Assembly: GCA_963813995.1 (NCBI GenBank)
Contig: CAWFAZ010000049.1
Location: forward strand, 71,593-135,592
Reading direction: 5' to 3'
Source of the DNA: an uncultured Verrucomicrobiae bacterium
GTDB lineage: Bacteria; Verrucomicrobiota; Verrucomicrobiia; Limisphaerales; Palsa-1400
Length of the DNA stretch: 64,000 nucleotides
Shown: piece by piece, positions 17,601-26,374 of the stretch
Numbering within the stretch: the stretch's first letter is position 1
How the letters are laid out: every line of letters starts with the position of its first letter
The notes under the pieces: model-generated
What the model saw: the letters and a program-made list of their open reading frames with translations, nothing else
Database searches by the model: none
What the model was told of the DNA's origin: nothing
Made by a program: the position numbers and the translations under genes

Positions 17601-19286
17601 TCAGAACAGGCCGACGACTTGGCCTTGTTCGTTGATGTCTATGAGTTCGGCGGACGGGACTTTGGGGAGGCCGGGCATCGTCATAATGTCGCCCAACAGG
17701 ACAACAGCGAAGCCGGCCCCGGCGGAAATTTTGACGTCGCGGATTGGCACGGAGAATCCTTTCGGGCGGCCGATCAGGGCCGGGTCAGTCGAAAAGGAGT
17801 ATTGCGTCTTGGCCATGCAGACAGGCAGACGTCCGAAGCCTTGATCCTCCAGGGCGCGAAATTTCTTCACGACCGTTGCATCGGCCATGATGTCGCCGGC
17901 TCCATAGATGTTTTGGGCAATGGCCCGGACCTTGTCCCACAAAGTCATCTCGTCGCCATAAAGGAAACGGAAACTGTCGTTCGGTTGGTCCGCCTGTTTG
18001 ATCACCTCCGCGGCGAGTTCGACGGCGCCCGCGCCGCCTCTGGCCCAATGGTCGCACAGGAATGCGCGCACGCCGAGTTTCCCGCAATGCTGCCGGATGA
18101 GGGCTGTTTCATCGTCCGTATCGGTGGCGAAATAATTGATGGCAACGATGGGCGGGAAGCCGAACAACTGGATGTTCTCGATGTGTTTGTCCAGGTTGGC
18201 CAGACCCCGGGCAACGGCGGCTGGATTCGGCGTCTTGAGATCCGTCTTGCTGACACCGCCATGCATTTTCAAGGCGCGGACAGTGGCCACGATCACGACG
18301 GCGTTGGGGCGGATGCCGAATTGGCGGCATTTGATGTCGATGAATTTCTCCAAGCCGAGGTCGGCGCCGAAGCCGGCCTCGGTGACGGTATATTCGCTCA
18401 AGCGCATGGCCAGTTTGGTGGCCAGGACGCTGTTGCAACCGTGGGCGATGTTGCCGAAAGGCCCGCCATGGACAAAGGCCGGACTGCCTTCCAGGGATTG
18501 CACAAGGTTGGGTTTGAGGGCCTCGTGCAACAACACGGTCATCGCGCCATTGGCCTTGAGTTGGGCGCAGGTGACAGGCTGTTCGTTGCCAGTGTAGGCG
18601 ACGATGATTCGGCCGAGCCGTTCGCGGAGTTCAGCCACGGATTGAGACAGGCTGAAAACAGCCATGACTTCGGAGGCGGCAGTAATGTCGAAGCCGCTCT
18701 CGTGGCAGACGCCGTTGGCCAGGCCGCCCAGACCGACGACGATCTGGCGCAGGGCGCGGTCGTTCATATCCATGACGCGCTTCCAGACAATCCGCGCCGG
18801 ATTAATGCCGAGGGCGTTGCCGTGGTGAAGATGATTGTCGAGCATGGCCGAGAGCAGGTTGTTGGCGGTGGTGATGACCTGAAAATCGCCGGTGAAATGA
18901 AGATTGATGTCTTCCATCGGCACGACTTGGGCAGAACCACCGCCCGTGCCGCCGCCTTTGACGCCGAAGCAGGGGCCGACCGATGGTTCGCGCAGACAGA
19001 TGGCAGCGCGCTTGCCCAGGCGGTTCAACGCGTCCGCCAGACCGATGGTCGTGGTGGTCTTGCCCTCGCCGGCAGGGGTTGGAGTGATGGCCGTAACGAG
19101 GATGAGTTTGCCGGGTTCGGCTTTTTCGAGCTGCTGGAAGAATTCGAGCGAGACCTTGGCTTTGTATCTGCCGTAATGATCGAGATGTTCGATGGGAATG
19201 CCAAGGCGGGCCGCGATTGTTTCGATCGGCAACATTTTCGCCTGGCGGGCGATCTCAATGTTCGGGGGAACGATTTTAGGAGCCAT
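17601..19286 (-). CDS. fhs: formate--tetrahydrofolate ligase
   Basis: 561 aa. [16 protein letters not shown]-loop and full-length FTHFS-like sequence. Confidence 0.95.
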   Translation of the reverse strand: MAPKIVPPNIEIARQAKMLPIETIAARLGIPIEHLDHYGRYKAKVSLEFFQQLEKAEPGKLILVTAITPTPAGEGKTTTTIGLADALNRLGKRAAICLREPSVGPCFGVKGGGTGGGSAQVVPMEDINLHFTGDFQVITTANNLLSAMLDNHLHHGNALGINPARIVWKRVMDMNDRALRQIVVGLGGLANGVCHESGFDITAASEVMAVFSLSQSVAELRERLGRIIVAYTGNEQPVTCAQLKANGAMTVLLHEALKPNLVQSLEGSPAFVHGGPFGNIAHGCNSVLATKLAMRLSEYTVTEAGFGADLGLEKFIDIKCRQFGIRPNAVVIVATVRALKMHGGVSKTDLKTPNPAAVARGLANLDKHIENIQLFGFPPIVAINYFATDTDDETALIRQHCGKLGVRAFLCDHWARGGAGAVELAAEVIKQADQPNDSFRFLYGDEMTLWDKVRAIAQNIYGAGDIMADATVVKKFRALEDQGFGRLPVCMAKTQYSFSTDPALIGRPKGFSVPIRDVKISAGAGFAVVLLGDIMTMPGLPKVPSAELIDINEQGQVVGLF

Positions 19287-19313
19287 GTTTTCTTAGTTGG
19301 AAAATCGCTGGCG

Positions 19314-20693
19314 TCAGCCCAGTTCCTCTTTGAGCGCCTGCGCTATTTTTTTGGTCCATTGCTCGATCTGCCTGGCGTCGCGTCCTTCCAGGAGCAATCG
19401 TATTTTGGGTTCGGTGCCGGAATAGCGCAAAAAAACCCGGCCGCCTTGCGGCTTTAATGCGGCTTCGGCTTGCGCGATCAGGCGGCCGATTCCGGGCAGT
19501 TCCTCCAGCGGCCTCTTTTCCCGCACGACAATGTTGGTCAGCATCTGCGGGAAACGCGTCCAGCAGCGGGCCAGTTCCGAGAGGGATTTGTTGGTCGTCT
19601 TCATCACGCGCAGGATTTGCAAGGCGGCGATCAGGCCGTCTCCGGTCGTGCTGAAGTCGCGCAAAATAATGTGGCCGCTTTGTTCCCCGCCCACCGTCAA
19701 GTCCAGTTTCAGCATGGCCGCCAGCACGTTCTGGTCTCCCACCGTGGTGCGCACCATTTTTCCGCCCGCCGCCTCGATGGCCGCGTCCAATCCGGCATTG
19801 CTCATCACGGTGGCGACGAGGGTTTTCTTGGGGAGCGTTCCGCCGGCCAGCCGCTCCAGCGCGAGAATGGCCAGAATATCGTCGCCATCGATCAGCCTGC
19901 CCTTTTCGTCGCAGAGCAACATGCGGTCGGCGTCGCCGTCGTGGGCGAGTCCCAAATGCGCCTTGTGCTCGCGCACCAGACGACAGAGGTGTTCGGGATG
20001 CATTGAGCCGCAATCCTTGTTGATGTTCAACCCGTCGGGTTGATTGCCGTGGACAAAGATTTGCGCGCCCAATTCCCGCAGGACGCACGGAGTGGATTTA
20101 TAAGCCGCGCCGTGGGCGCAATCGACGACGATGCGGAGGCCGTCCAATGTGAGATGGCGGGGGAAGGAACTTTTGGCGAATTCGATGTAGCGGCCCAAGG
20201 CGTCATCGATGCGCACCGCCTTGCCGATTTCCCTGGCCACGGGCCGGATTTTCTCAATCTCACCGCTGAAGACCAGGCGTTCGATGCGGTTTTCGATCCT
20301 TTCATCCAGCTTGTAGCCGTCGGCATGAAAGAATTTGATTCCGTTATCATCGTAGGGATTGTGGGAGGCGGTGATGACGATGCCGGCATCGGCGCGCAAA
20401 CTGCGGGTGACGTAGGCCACGCCCGGCGTGGGCAGGGGGCCGATCAATAAAACGTCCACGCCCATCGAGAGCACGCCGGAGGTGAGGGCGTTTTCCAACA
20501 TGTAGCCGGAGAGCCGGGTGTCCTTGCCGATGACGATTTTGTGTTTGCCATGCCCGCGCGATTCCGATTCCAGGTTTTTAAAGACGTGCGCCGCCGCCTG
20601 GCCCAGTTTCAGCGCCGTTTCGGCCGTGACCGGCTCGACGTTGGCGGTGCCGCGCACGCCGTCCGTGCCGAAGATTTTCTTTTTGCGACTCAT
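19314..20693 (-). CDS. glmM: phosphoglucosamine mutase
   Basis: 459 aa. FGTDGVRG N terminus, phosphoserine loop TASHNPYDDNGIKFF, metal loop GLAHDGDADR. Confidence 0.95.
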   Translation of the reverse strand: MSRKKKIFGTDGVRGTANVEPVTAETALKLGQAAAHVFKNLESESRGHGKHKIVIGKDTRLSGYMLENALTSGVLSMGVDVLLIGPLPTPGVAYVTRSLRADAGIVITASHNPYDDNGIKFFHADGYKLDERIENRIERLVFSGEIEKIRPVAREIGKAVRIDDALGRYIEFAKSSFPRHLTLDGLRIVVDCAHGAAYKSTPCVLRELGAQIFVHGNQPDGLNINKDCGSMHPEHLCRLVREHKAHLGLAHDGDADRMLLCDEKGRLIDGDDILAILALERLAGGTLPKKTLVATVMSNAGLDAAIEAAGGKMVRTTVGDQNVLAAMLKLDLTVGGEQSGHIILRDFSTTGDGLIAALQILRVMKTTNKSLSELARCWTRFPQMLTNIVVREKRPLEELPGIGRLIAQAEAALKPQGGRVFLRYSGTEPKIRLLLEGRDARQIEQWTKKIAQALKEELG

Positions 20694-20705
20694 GTTTTCT
20701 CCTCG

Positions 20706-21092
20706 TTACTTTGAAACTTGTTCAACGGCCACGGTCGTGGGGACGGTGGAAATCACATTTATTTCAGGGGGAGCGTCGGCATGCAGTTCTTCCGCCGCGC
20801 TTTGCCTGGAGTGAAACTTTGTCAAATCGACATAGACCCTGATGCCCTTGCGCAGGGCCGCTTTTTCGCCCACGGCGAACACCACGACTTCGTTGGGCGT
20901 GATTTTGAAAACACGGGCATCGCCCGGCGGCGCAACGATCGCCACGGGAACAGTGATATTATTGATGTTGAGCTGGCTGATGGATAATTCGTGGCGGATG
21001 CCATAATGAATGCCGAGCCAAATCACCGCGGCCAGGGCGACGGAGAAGAATTTAAGCCAGAAATTGCGCAGAATGAGGTCGGGCAGGATCAT
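20706..21092 (-). CDS. cdaR: YbbR-like domain protein (CdaR-type regulator of CdaA), single domain
   Basis: 128 aa. N-terminal TM segment (NFWLKFFSVALAAVIWL) followed by one YbbR-like beta domain. Sits between cdaA and glmM, as in the classical cdaA-cdaR-glmM operon. Confidence 0.65.
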   Translation of the reverse strand: MILPDLILRNFWLKFFSVALAAVIWLGIHYGIRHELSISQLNINNITVPVAIVAPPGDARVFKITPNEVVVFAVGEKAALRKGIRVYVDLTKFHSRQSAAEELHADAPPEINVISTVPTTVAVEQVSK

Positions 21093-21094
21093 TT

Positions 21095-21940
21095 TTATTT
21101 GGGGGCCGCGCTCACCACCGCGGGGCCGGTTTTGGCCGGACCGAGCGCGGGACGAAACAAGTTGAGAATCTTATGCTGCTTGCCGGGCTTGATCAGAACC
21201 GAAGTCAGGAAGGCGCGCAATTGCTCCGCAGTCACTTGCCGCACCAACTGGCCCTTGTAAGCATAGGAAATCCAGCCGGTCTCTTCCGAGACCACTACCA
21301 CGACCGCGTCCGTTTCTTCGGTCAACCCAATGGCCGCGCGATGGCGCGTGCCCAGGGAGGGATTGAGGTCCTGCCGTTGTGAGAGCGGGAAAATGCAGGC
21401 GGCGAAGGCGATGCGGTCTCCTTTGATGATGACGCCGCCGTCGTGTATGGCGTTGTTGGGAAAGAAAATCGTTTCCAACATTTCGGGCGTGGCCTCGCAA
21501 TCCACGAGCAGGCCGGATTCGGTGGCTTCCTGCAAGTTGATGGATTGCTCAATGGCGATGAGAGCGCCGATGCGCACTTCGGCCAGGCGCTCGACGGTTT
21601 GGATGATGACCTCGATGTTTTCGCGTTGTTCGTGGCTGGTGGCGAAAAGGGGATGGGTGCCCAATTCAGCCAGAATCCGGCGCAGTTCCGGCTGGAAAAT
21701 AATCAAGACCGCCACCGCCGCAAAGGCCACGAAGGAACGCAGCAGCCAGCTCAGCACTTCCAAATGGAGCAGGAAGGCCACGACGGTCAGGCCCAAGACC
21801 AACAGGATAAAGCCATAGACAACCGGCGCTCCCCGCGTGCCGCGCACGAATTTGAAGCTGTAGTAAATGCCGACCGCCAGAATGGCAATCTCCAGGACCG
21901 GCCGCCAGCCGTCATGCACCATGTTTATTATGTTCGGCAT
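21095..21940 (-). CDS. cdaA: diadenylate cyclase CdaA (c-di-AMP synthase)
   Basis: 281 aa. Three N-terminal TM segments. DAC domain motifs DGGVIIKGDRI and TRHRAAIGLTEETDAVVVVVSEETG. Confidence 0.9.
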   Translation of the reverse strand: MPNIINMVHDGWRPVLEIAILAVGIYYSFKFVRGTRGAPVVYGFILLVLGLTVVAFLLHLEVLSWLLRSFVAFAAVAVLIIFQPELRRILAELGTHPLFATSHEQRENIEVIIQTVERLAEVRIGALIAIEQSINLQEATESGLLVDCEATPEMLETIFFPNNAIHDGGVIIKGDRIAFAACIFPLSQRQDLNPSLGTRHRAAIGLTEETDAVVVVVSEETGWISYAYKGQLVRQVTAEQLRAFLTSVLIKPGKQHKILNLFRPALGPAKTGPAVVSAAPK

Positions 21941-22772
21941 TCGTTTGCTGTTCCATCAGAGCTTCGGTCATCCGCAACGCCCCGCGCGTCGCCGCCACAT
22001 CGTGGCACCGGATGATGTGCGCTCCATTTTTCACCCCCCAACACGCGCAAGCCAGCGATGGGGCGAGCCGGTCCATTGCGCCGGCCCATCGTCCCATAAA
22101 AGATTTGCGGGAGGCGCCCAATAATAGCGGGCGCTCCCATTTTGTAAAGTGGCGCAGTTCCACAAGCAACCGCAAATTGTCCACCTCCCGTTTGCCAAAC
22201 CCGATTCCCACGTCGAGCACCACTTGCTCCCTCTTGACACCGCAGGCCTGCAATCGGCTCAATCGCTCTCCAAAAAAATCATTGATCTCCCTTGTGACGT
22301 CGGCATAGGAGGGGTTGACCTGCATGGTTTGGGGCGAGCCTTGCATGTGCATGGCCACGTAGCCCGCGCCGCTTTCCGCCGCCACGCGCCACATCTCCTC
22401 ATCGCTGCGATTGGCCCCGATATCGTTGATGACGCTGGCGCCGGCCCGCAAAGCCTCCCGCGCCACCGCGGCTTTGACCGTGTCAATGGAAATGGGGATC
22501 GAGAGCCGGCCCGCCAGTTGTTCGATCACCGGGATGACACGCTTCAATTCTTCCGTTTCCGTCACCGGCGCCGCTCCGGGGCGCGAGGATTCCCCTCCCA
22601 CGTCAATCATTTCCGCGCCTTCCCCCGCCAATTGCAGGGCGTGGCTGACGGCGGCGGAAGCGGTGGCAAACCGGCCGCCGTCGTAAAACGAATCCGGCGT
22701 CACGTTGACAATGCCCATGAGCAGGGCGGGGCGGGGGAAGACGAATTCAAATTGCCGCGCGCGCAAAATCAT
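21912..22772 (-). CDS. folP: dihydropteroate synthase
   Basis: 286 aa. GIVNVTPDSFYDGG and DVGGESSRPGA pterin-binding motifs. 3' end overlaps cdaA by 29 nt. Confidence 0.93.
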   Translation of the reverse strand: MILRARQFEFVFPRPALLMGIVNVTPDSFYDGGRFATASAAVSHALQLAGEGAEMIDVGGESSRPGAAPVTETEELKRVIPVIEQLAGRLSIPISIDTVKAAVAREALRAGASVINDIGANRSDEEMWRVAAESGAGYVAMHMQGSPQTMQVNPSYADVTREINDFFGERLSRLQACGVKREQVVLDVGIGFGKREVDNLRLLVELRHFTKWERPLLLGASRKSFMGRWAGAMDRLAPSLACACWGVKNGAHIIRCHDVAATRGALRMTEALMEQQTNAEHNKHGA

Positions 22773-22794
22773 GGTTCCTGTGCCTCTTTTCCGT

Positions 22795-22916
22795 CCTAAT
22801 CCTAATCTTAATCTTAATCCTAATCTCTGAGGATTAAGGCCGGTTGCGCGAAAGAGAAGGAGATTAGGATTAGGATTACGATTAAGATTAGGAGCCGGAA
22901 ACTGCTAATCTTAATC
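22795..22916. repeat. period-6 YTAATC/GATTAR array forming a long inverted repeat (hexamer-array locus 1)
   Basis: (CCTAAT)2(CTTAAT)2(CCTAAT) at 22795-22824. Inverse arm (ATTAGG)2(ATTACG)(ATTAAG)(ATTAGG) at 22863-22892. Extra CTAATCTTAATC at 22905-22916. Confidence 0.85.
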
Positions 22917-22945
22917 GGTCTTTTCCCCAGCCCCCCGCTGTTCCA

Positions 22946-23572
<627 letters not shown>

Positions 23573-23743
23573 AATTTTTGCGTGTTAATTTTTCTGTTAA
23601 TTTCCAATTTTATTGAGGCCGTCACATCGGCCAACGACTCTCCAAAAATAGCAAAGATCCGCCCGAACACAAGCCGCCGCTTTTGGCCGCCGGACAAAAA
23701 ACGTTTTGCCACTTGAAGCAGCAACTTAATAGAAGTGGGCAGG

Positions 23744-24187
23744 TCATGGCTCAATACCACTCCGCTCAGGCGAGATGAACACTTTCCCGTCTCGCTCCCG
23801 TATCCACAGCATCACTTCTTCATCAGTAATCGCTAAAATACCCTGTGGCAAAAAAGTGACCGGCAGCGAACTCGTCGGGCGAAATCCGAAACGGCAATGG
23901 TATGTTTTCCCTCCGACGCAGACTATATTAGTAACCTCAAGATAAACTCCATCGGAAGCGTACACCGAACTGATAAGATTATAATGAGTTGGGCGACCAG
24001 CGGCAATCCATTGCTCATAAATCATTCCCAGTTTGGGGATCTGCATGTATAGCTGTTCCCTGTAAAGCTTCCGCTTGCAACCTTGCGTTAAGCCAAAAAG
24101 GATAATGAAGGCTACGATGTAAGCGGCAGAGCTTTTAAGTGCATAAAGGGATCGGCTCCACATATTCACATATTTTGATAAGTTCAC
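23744..24187 (-). CDS. hypothetical membrane-anchored/lipoprotein-like protein in low-GC DNA
   Basis: 147 aa. One N-terminal hydrophobic segment ending ...FGLTQGC. Visibly AT-richer than its surroundings. No family recognised. Confidence 0.5.
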   Translation of the reverse strand: MNLSKYVNMWSRSLYALKSSAAYIVAFIILFGLTQGCKRKLYREQLYMQIPKLGMIYEQWIAAGRPTHYNLISSVYASDGVYLEVTNIVCVGGKTYHCRFGFRPTSSLPVTFLPQGILAITDEEVMLWIRERDGKVFISPERSGIEP

Positions 24188-24188
24188 T

Positions 24189-24272
24189 TTAGCGCGCCAG
24201 CGCCATAAAGTTTTTCAGCAAGCGCAAGCCCGTTTCCTGGCTTTTTTCCGGGTGAAATTGCGTCGCATAAAC
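24189..24272. repeat. duplicated 3' end of hisH (pseudo-fragment), direct repeat of 24619-24702
   Basis: 84 bp with 2 mismatches to the genuine hisH 3' end including its stop codon. The copies are 430 bp apart. Confidence 0.9.
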
Positions 24273-24293
24273 ATTCCCAAGCCAAAGCATCGT

Positions 24294-24590
24294 TCAAGCC
24301 GCCTTATCCAAAGCCACAGAAACGCGCAAGCCCAGCGGTTTTAAAATTTCCTGCAATGTTTCCAAAGTCGGATTGCCGCCTTTTGAGAGAATCTTGTAGA
24401 GGCTTGGCCGTTTGAGACCAACGCGACCAGCCAGATTGCCCACGCCGCCGCCCGCCTCGACGACGTCTTTGAGCGCAATCAGAAAAGCCGCGCTGTCCTT
24501 TTCCGCCAGCACCCGCGCGAGATATTCCGCGGCATAACGCGGGTCTTCCAGCCGTTTCAGCAAATTGTCTTTGTAATTTTTAAGACGCAT
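24294..24590 (-). CDS. HigA-family addiction-module antidote protein (HTH), no cognate toxin present
   Basis: ORF 24294-24638. ATG at 24590 gives MRLKNYKDNLLKRLEDPRYAAEYLARVLAE...GVGNLAGRVGLKRPSLYKILSKGGNPTLETL, the typical probable-addiction-module-antidote pattern. The upstream slot where the killer gene normally lies is occupied by the end of hisH. Confidence 0.8.
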   Translation of the reverse strand: MRLKNYKDNLLKRLEDPRYAAEYLARVLAEKDSAAFLIALKDVVEAGGGVGNLAGRVGLKRPSLYKILSKGGNPTLETLQEILKPLGLRVSVALDKAA

Positions 24591-24618
24591 GTTTTGTAAA
24601 TTGTTGCCACAATACACA

Positions 24619-25236
24619 TTAGCGCGCCAGCGCCACAAAGTTTTTCAGCAGGCGCAAGCCCGTTTCCTGGCTTTTTTCCGGGTGAAATTGCGTCGCATAA
24701 ACGTTGTCGCGCCAAACCGATGAGGCGAAGGGCGCGCCATAGGTCGTTTCCGTCGCGATGATCGAGGCGTCCGCGGGTTGGGGAAAATAGCTGTGGACAA
24801 AATACACATAACTGCCCGGACGTATCCCCTGGTAAATCGGACAGTCCGGCCTGAGGATGTTGAGCTGGTTCCAGCCAATTTGCGGGACCTTGAGGCCGGT
24901 TTGATCCGGGAATCGCACCACTTTTCCCACAAAAACACCCAGGCCCGCCGCGCAACTGTTGAATTCTTCGCTGCGTTCGAACAAGGCCTGGTAGCCCACG
25001 CATATTCCCAGAAACGGCCGCCCGCTCTGAATATATTCCCGGATGGCTCCCAGCAGTTCCTGTTTTTGCATGGCGTTGACGCAATCGTCGAATGCCCCCA
25101 CGCCCGGCAGCACCACGCCGGCGGCCTCTTTCAATTCATCGGGCCGCCGCACCACGCGCACGTCGGCGCCCACTTTGAGCAGGGCCTTCTGCGCGCTGCG
25201 CAAATTACCCGAATCATAGTCAATCAAAGCAATCAT
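24619..25236 (-). CDS. hisH: imidazole glycerol phosphate synthase, glutamine amidotransferase subunit
   Basis: ORF 24619-25413. ATG at 25236 gives MIALIDYDSGNLRSAQKAL. Catalytic GICVGYQ and QFHPEKS motifs. The upstream ORF extension only translates the hexamer repeat (NPNLNPNLNPN). Confidence 0.93.
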   Translation of the reverse strand: MIALIDYDSGNLRSAQKALLKVGADVRVVRRPDELKEAAGVVLPGVGAFDDCVNAMQKQELLGAIREYIQSGRPFLGICVGYQALFERSEEFNSCAAGLGVFVGKVVRFPDQTGLKVPQIGWNQLNILRPDCPIYQGIRPGSYVYFVHSYFPQPADASIIATETTYGAPFASSVWRDNVYATQFHPEKSQETGLRLLKNFVALAR

Positions 25237-25238
25237 TC

Positions 25239-25274
25239 GATTAGGATTAAGATTAGGATTAAGATTAGGATTAG
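25239..25274. repeat. period-6 GATTAR array (hexamer-array locus 2), six units, single arm
   Basis: GATTAG GATTAA GATTAG GATTAA GATTAG GATTAG. Fills the whole rlmN-hisH spacer and contains the rlmN stop codon. Confidence 0.85.
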
Positions 25275-26371
25275 GAAAGCTGCAACTCTTGTTCGGTTCG
25301 CAATCGGAGCTGGCCGCAGGCAGCGTCAATGTCATGCCCCTTTTCGCGGCGCAACGTGGCCGCAACCTTCTCCTTCTCCAGCGCGGCCAGAAAAGCGTTC
25401 TGCGCCGGTTCATCCGGACGGCTCCAGGGCAGGCCTTCGACCTTGTTGTAAGGGATCAAGTTGACTTTGGCGCGCAGGCGCCGGGCCAGTTTCGCCAGGG
25501 GTTGGATTTGGTCCAAACCGTCATTGACCCCGGCGATGAGGATGTATTCGAGGGTAATCATGCGGCCTTTTTTTTCCTGATAATACTCGCAGGCGGCGGC
25601 GAGGGCGCGCAATGGATATTTAGCATTAACAGGCATGATTTTGCCGCGTGTTTCGTCCGTGGCCCCGTGCAGGGATACGGCCAGCCGGAACTGGAACGGC
25701 TCCTCCGCCAGCCGCCGGATTTGCGGGGCCAGGCCGCAGGTCGAGACGGTGATCTTGCGCGCGCCGATATTTGCGCCCCAGGGGGCGTTGAGGATTTTCA
25801 GCGCTTTGAGCAGGTTGTCGTAATTGGCCAGGGGTTCGCCCATGCCCATGATGACCAGATTGTTAATCAACCGGCCATCCCGGTCCGGCCCTTCGCATCG
25901 TTCCACGGCCAGGACCTGGTTGACGATTTCCTCCGGCTGCAAGTTGCGTTTCCAACCGTCCAGGCCGCTGGCGCAGAATTTGCAGCCGTAAGCGCAGCCG
26001 ACCTGCGTGGAAACGCACAACGTATGCCGGTCGCTCGCCTCGCCGAACAAGCCGGCCGACGCCGGGATCAGGACGCTTTCGATCAAAGCGCCATCGGCCA
26101 GGCGCCACAGGAATTTTTCGGTCGTATCGCGCGAACCTTGTTTGCGCGCCAGGACGGGGAAACGGATGGCGTAAGTTTGTTGCAACAGAACGCGCAGCGC
26201 TTTGGGCAGGTTGCTCATCTGCTCCCAACTTTCGACCCGATGCGCATAGAGCCACTGCAACAATTGGGCCAGGCGATACACCGGCTGATCCCAAAGAATA
26301 AATTGGTTTTGCAGATCCTCCCGCGTTTGGGAGCGAATATCCACCATCATGCCGGCAATGTAATTCGACAC
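25271..26371 (-). CDS. rlmN: 23S rRNA/tRNA (adenine-C2)-methyltransferase, radical SAM
   Basis: 366 aa. Radical-SAM cluster CAYGCKFCASG, MGMGEPLAN, and C-terminal conserved Cys (DIDAACGQL). Start could also be M8/M9. Confidence 0.92.
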   Translation of the reverse strand: MSNYIAGMMVDIRSQTREDLQNQFILWDQPVYRLAQLLQWLYAHRVESWEQMSNLPKALRVLLQQTYAIRFPVLARKQGSRDTTEKFLWRLADGALIESVLIPASAGLFGEASDRHTLCVSTQVGCAYGCKFCASGLDGWKRNLQPEEIVNQVLAVERCEGPDRDGRLINNLVIMGMGEPLANYDNLLKALKILNAPWGANIGARKITVSTCGLAPQIRRLAEEPFQFRLAVSLHGATDETRGKIMPVNAKYPLRALAAACEYYQEKKGRMITLEYILIAGVNDGLDQIQPLAKLARRLRAKVNLIPYNKVEGLPWSRPDEPAQNAFLAALEKEKVAATLRREKGHDIDAACGQLRLRTEQELQLS

Positions 26372-26374
26372 AGG

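Noticed and set aside
22795-22916. Hexamer arrays as a CRISPR array or telomere-like repeat
   Set aside because: The period is 6 bp with no unique spacers. Arrays are only 30-45 bp per arm. They occur as inverted pairs between ordinary genes, with no cas genes nearby. The chromosome context is internal, so a telomeric role is not supported.
25237-25413. N-terminal extension of the hisH ORF (MNRRRTLFWP...NPNLNPNLNPNR)
   Set aside because: The extension merely translates the hexamer repeat and the 3' end of rlmN in another frame. The conserved HisH N terminus MIALIDYDSGN starts at the ATG at 25236.
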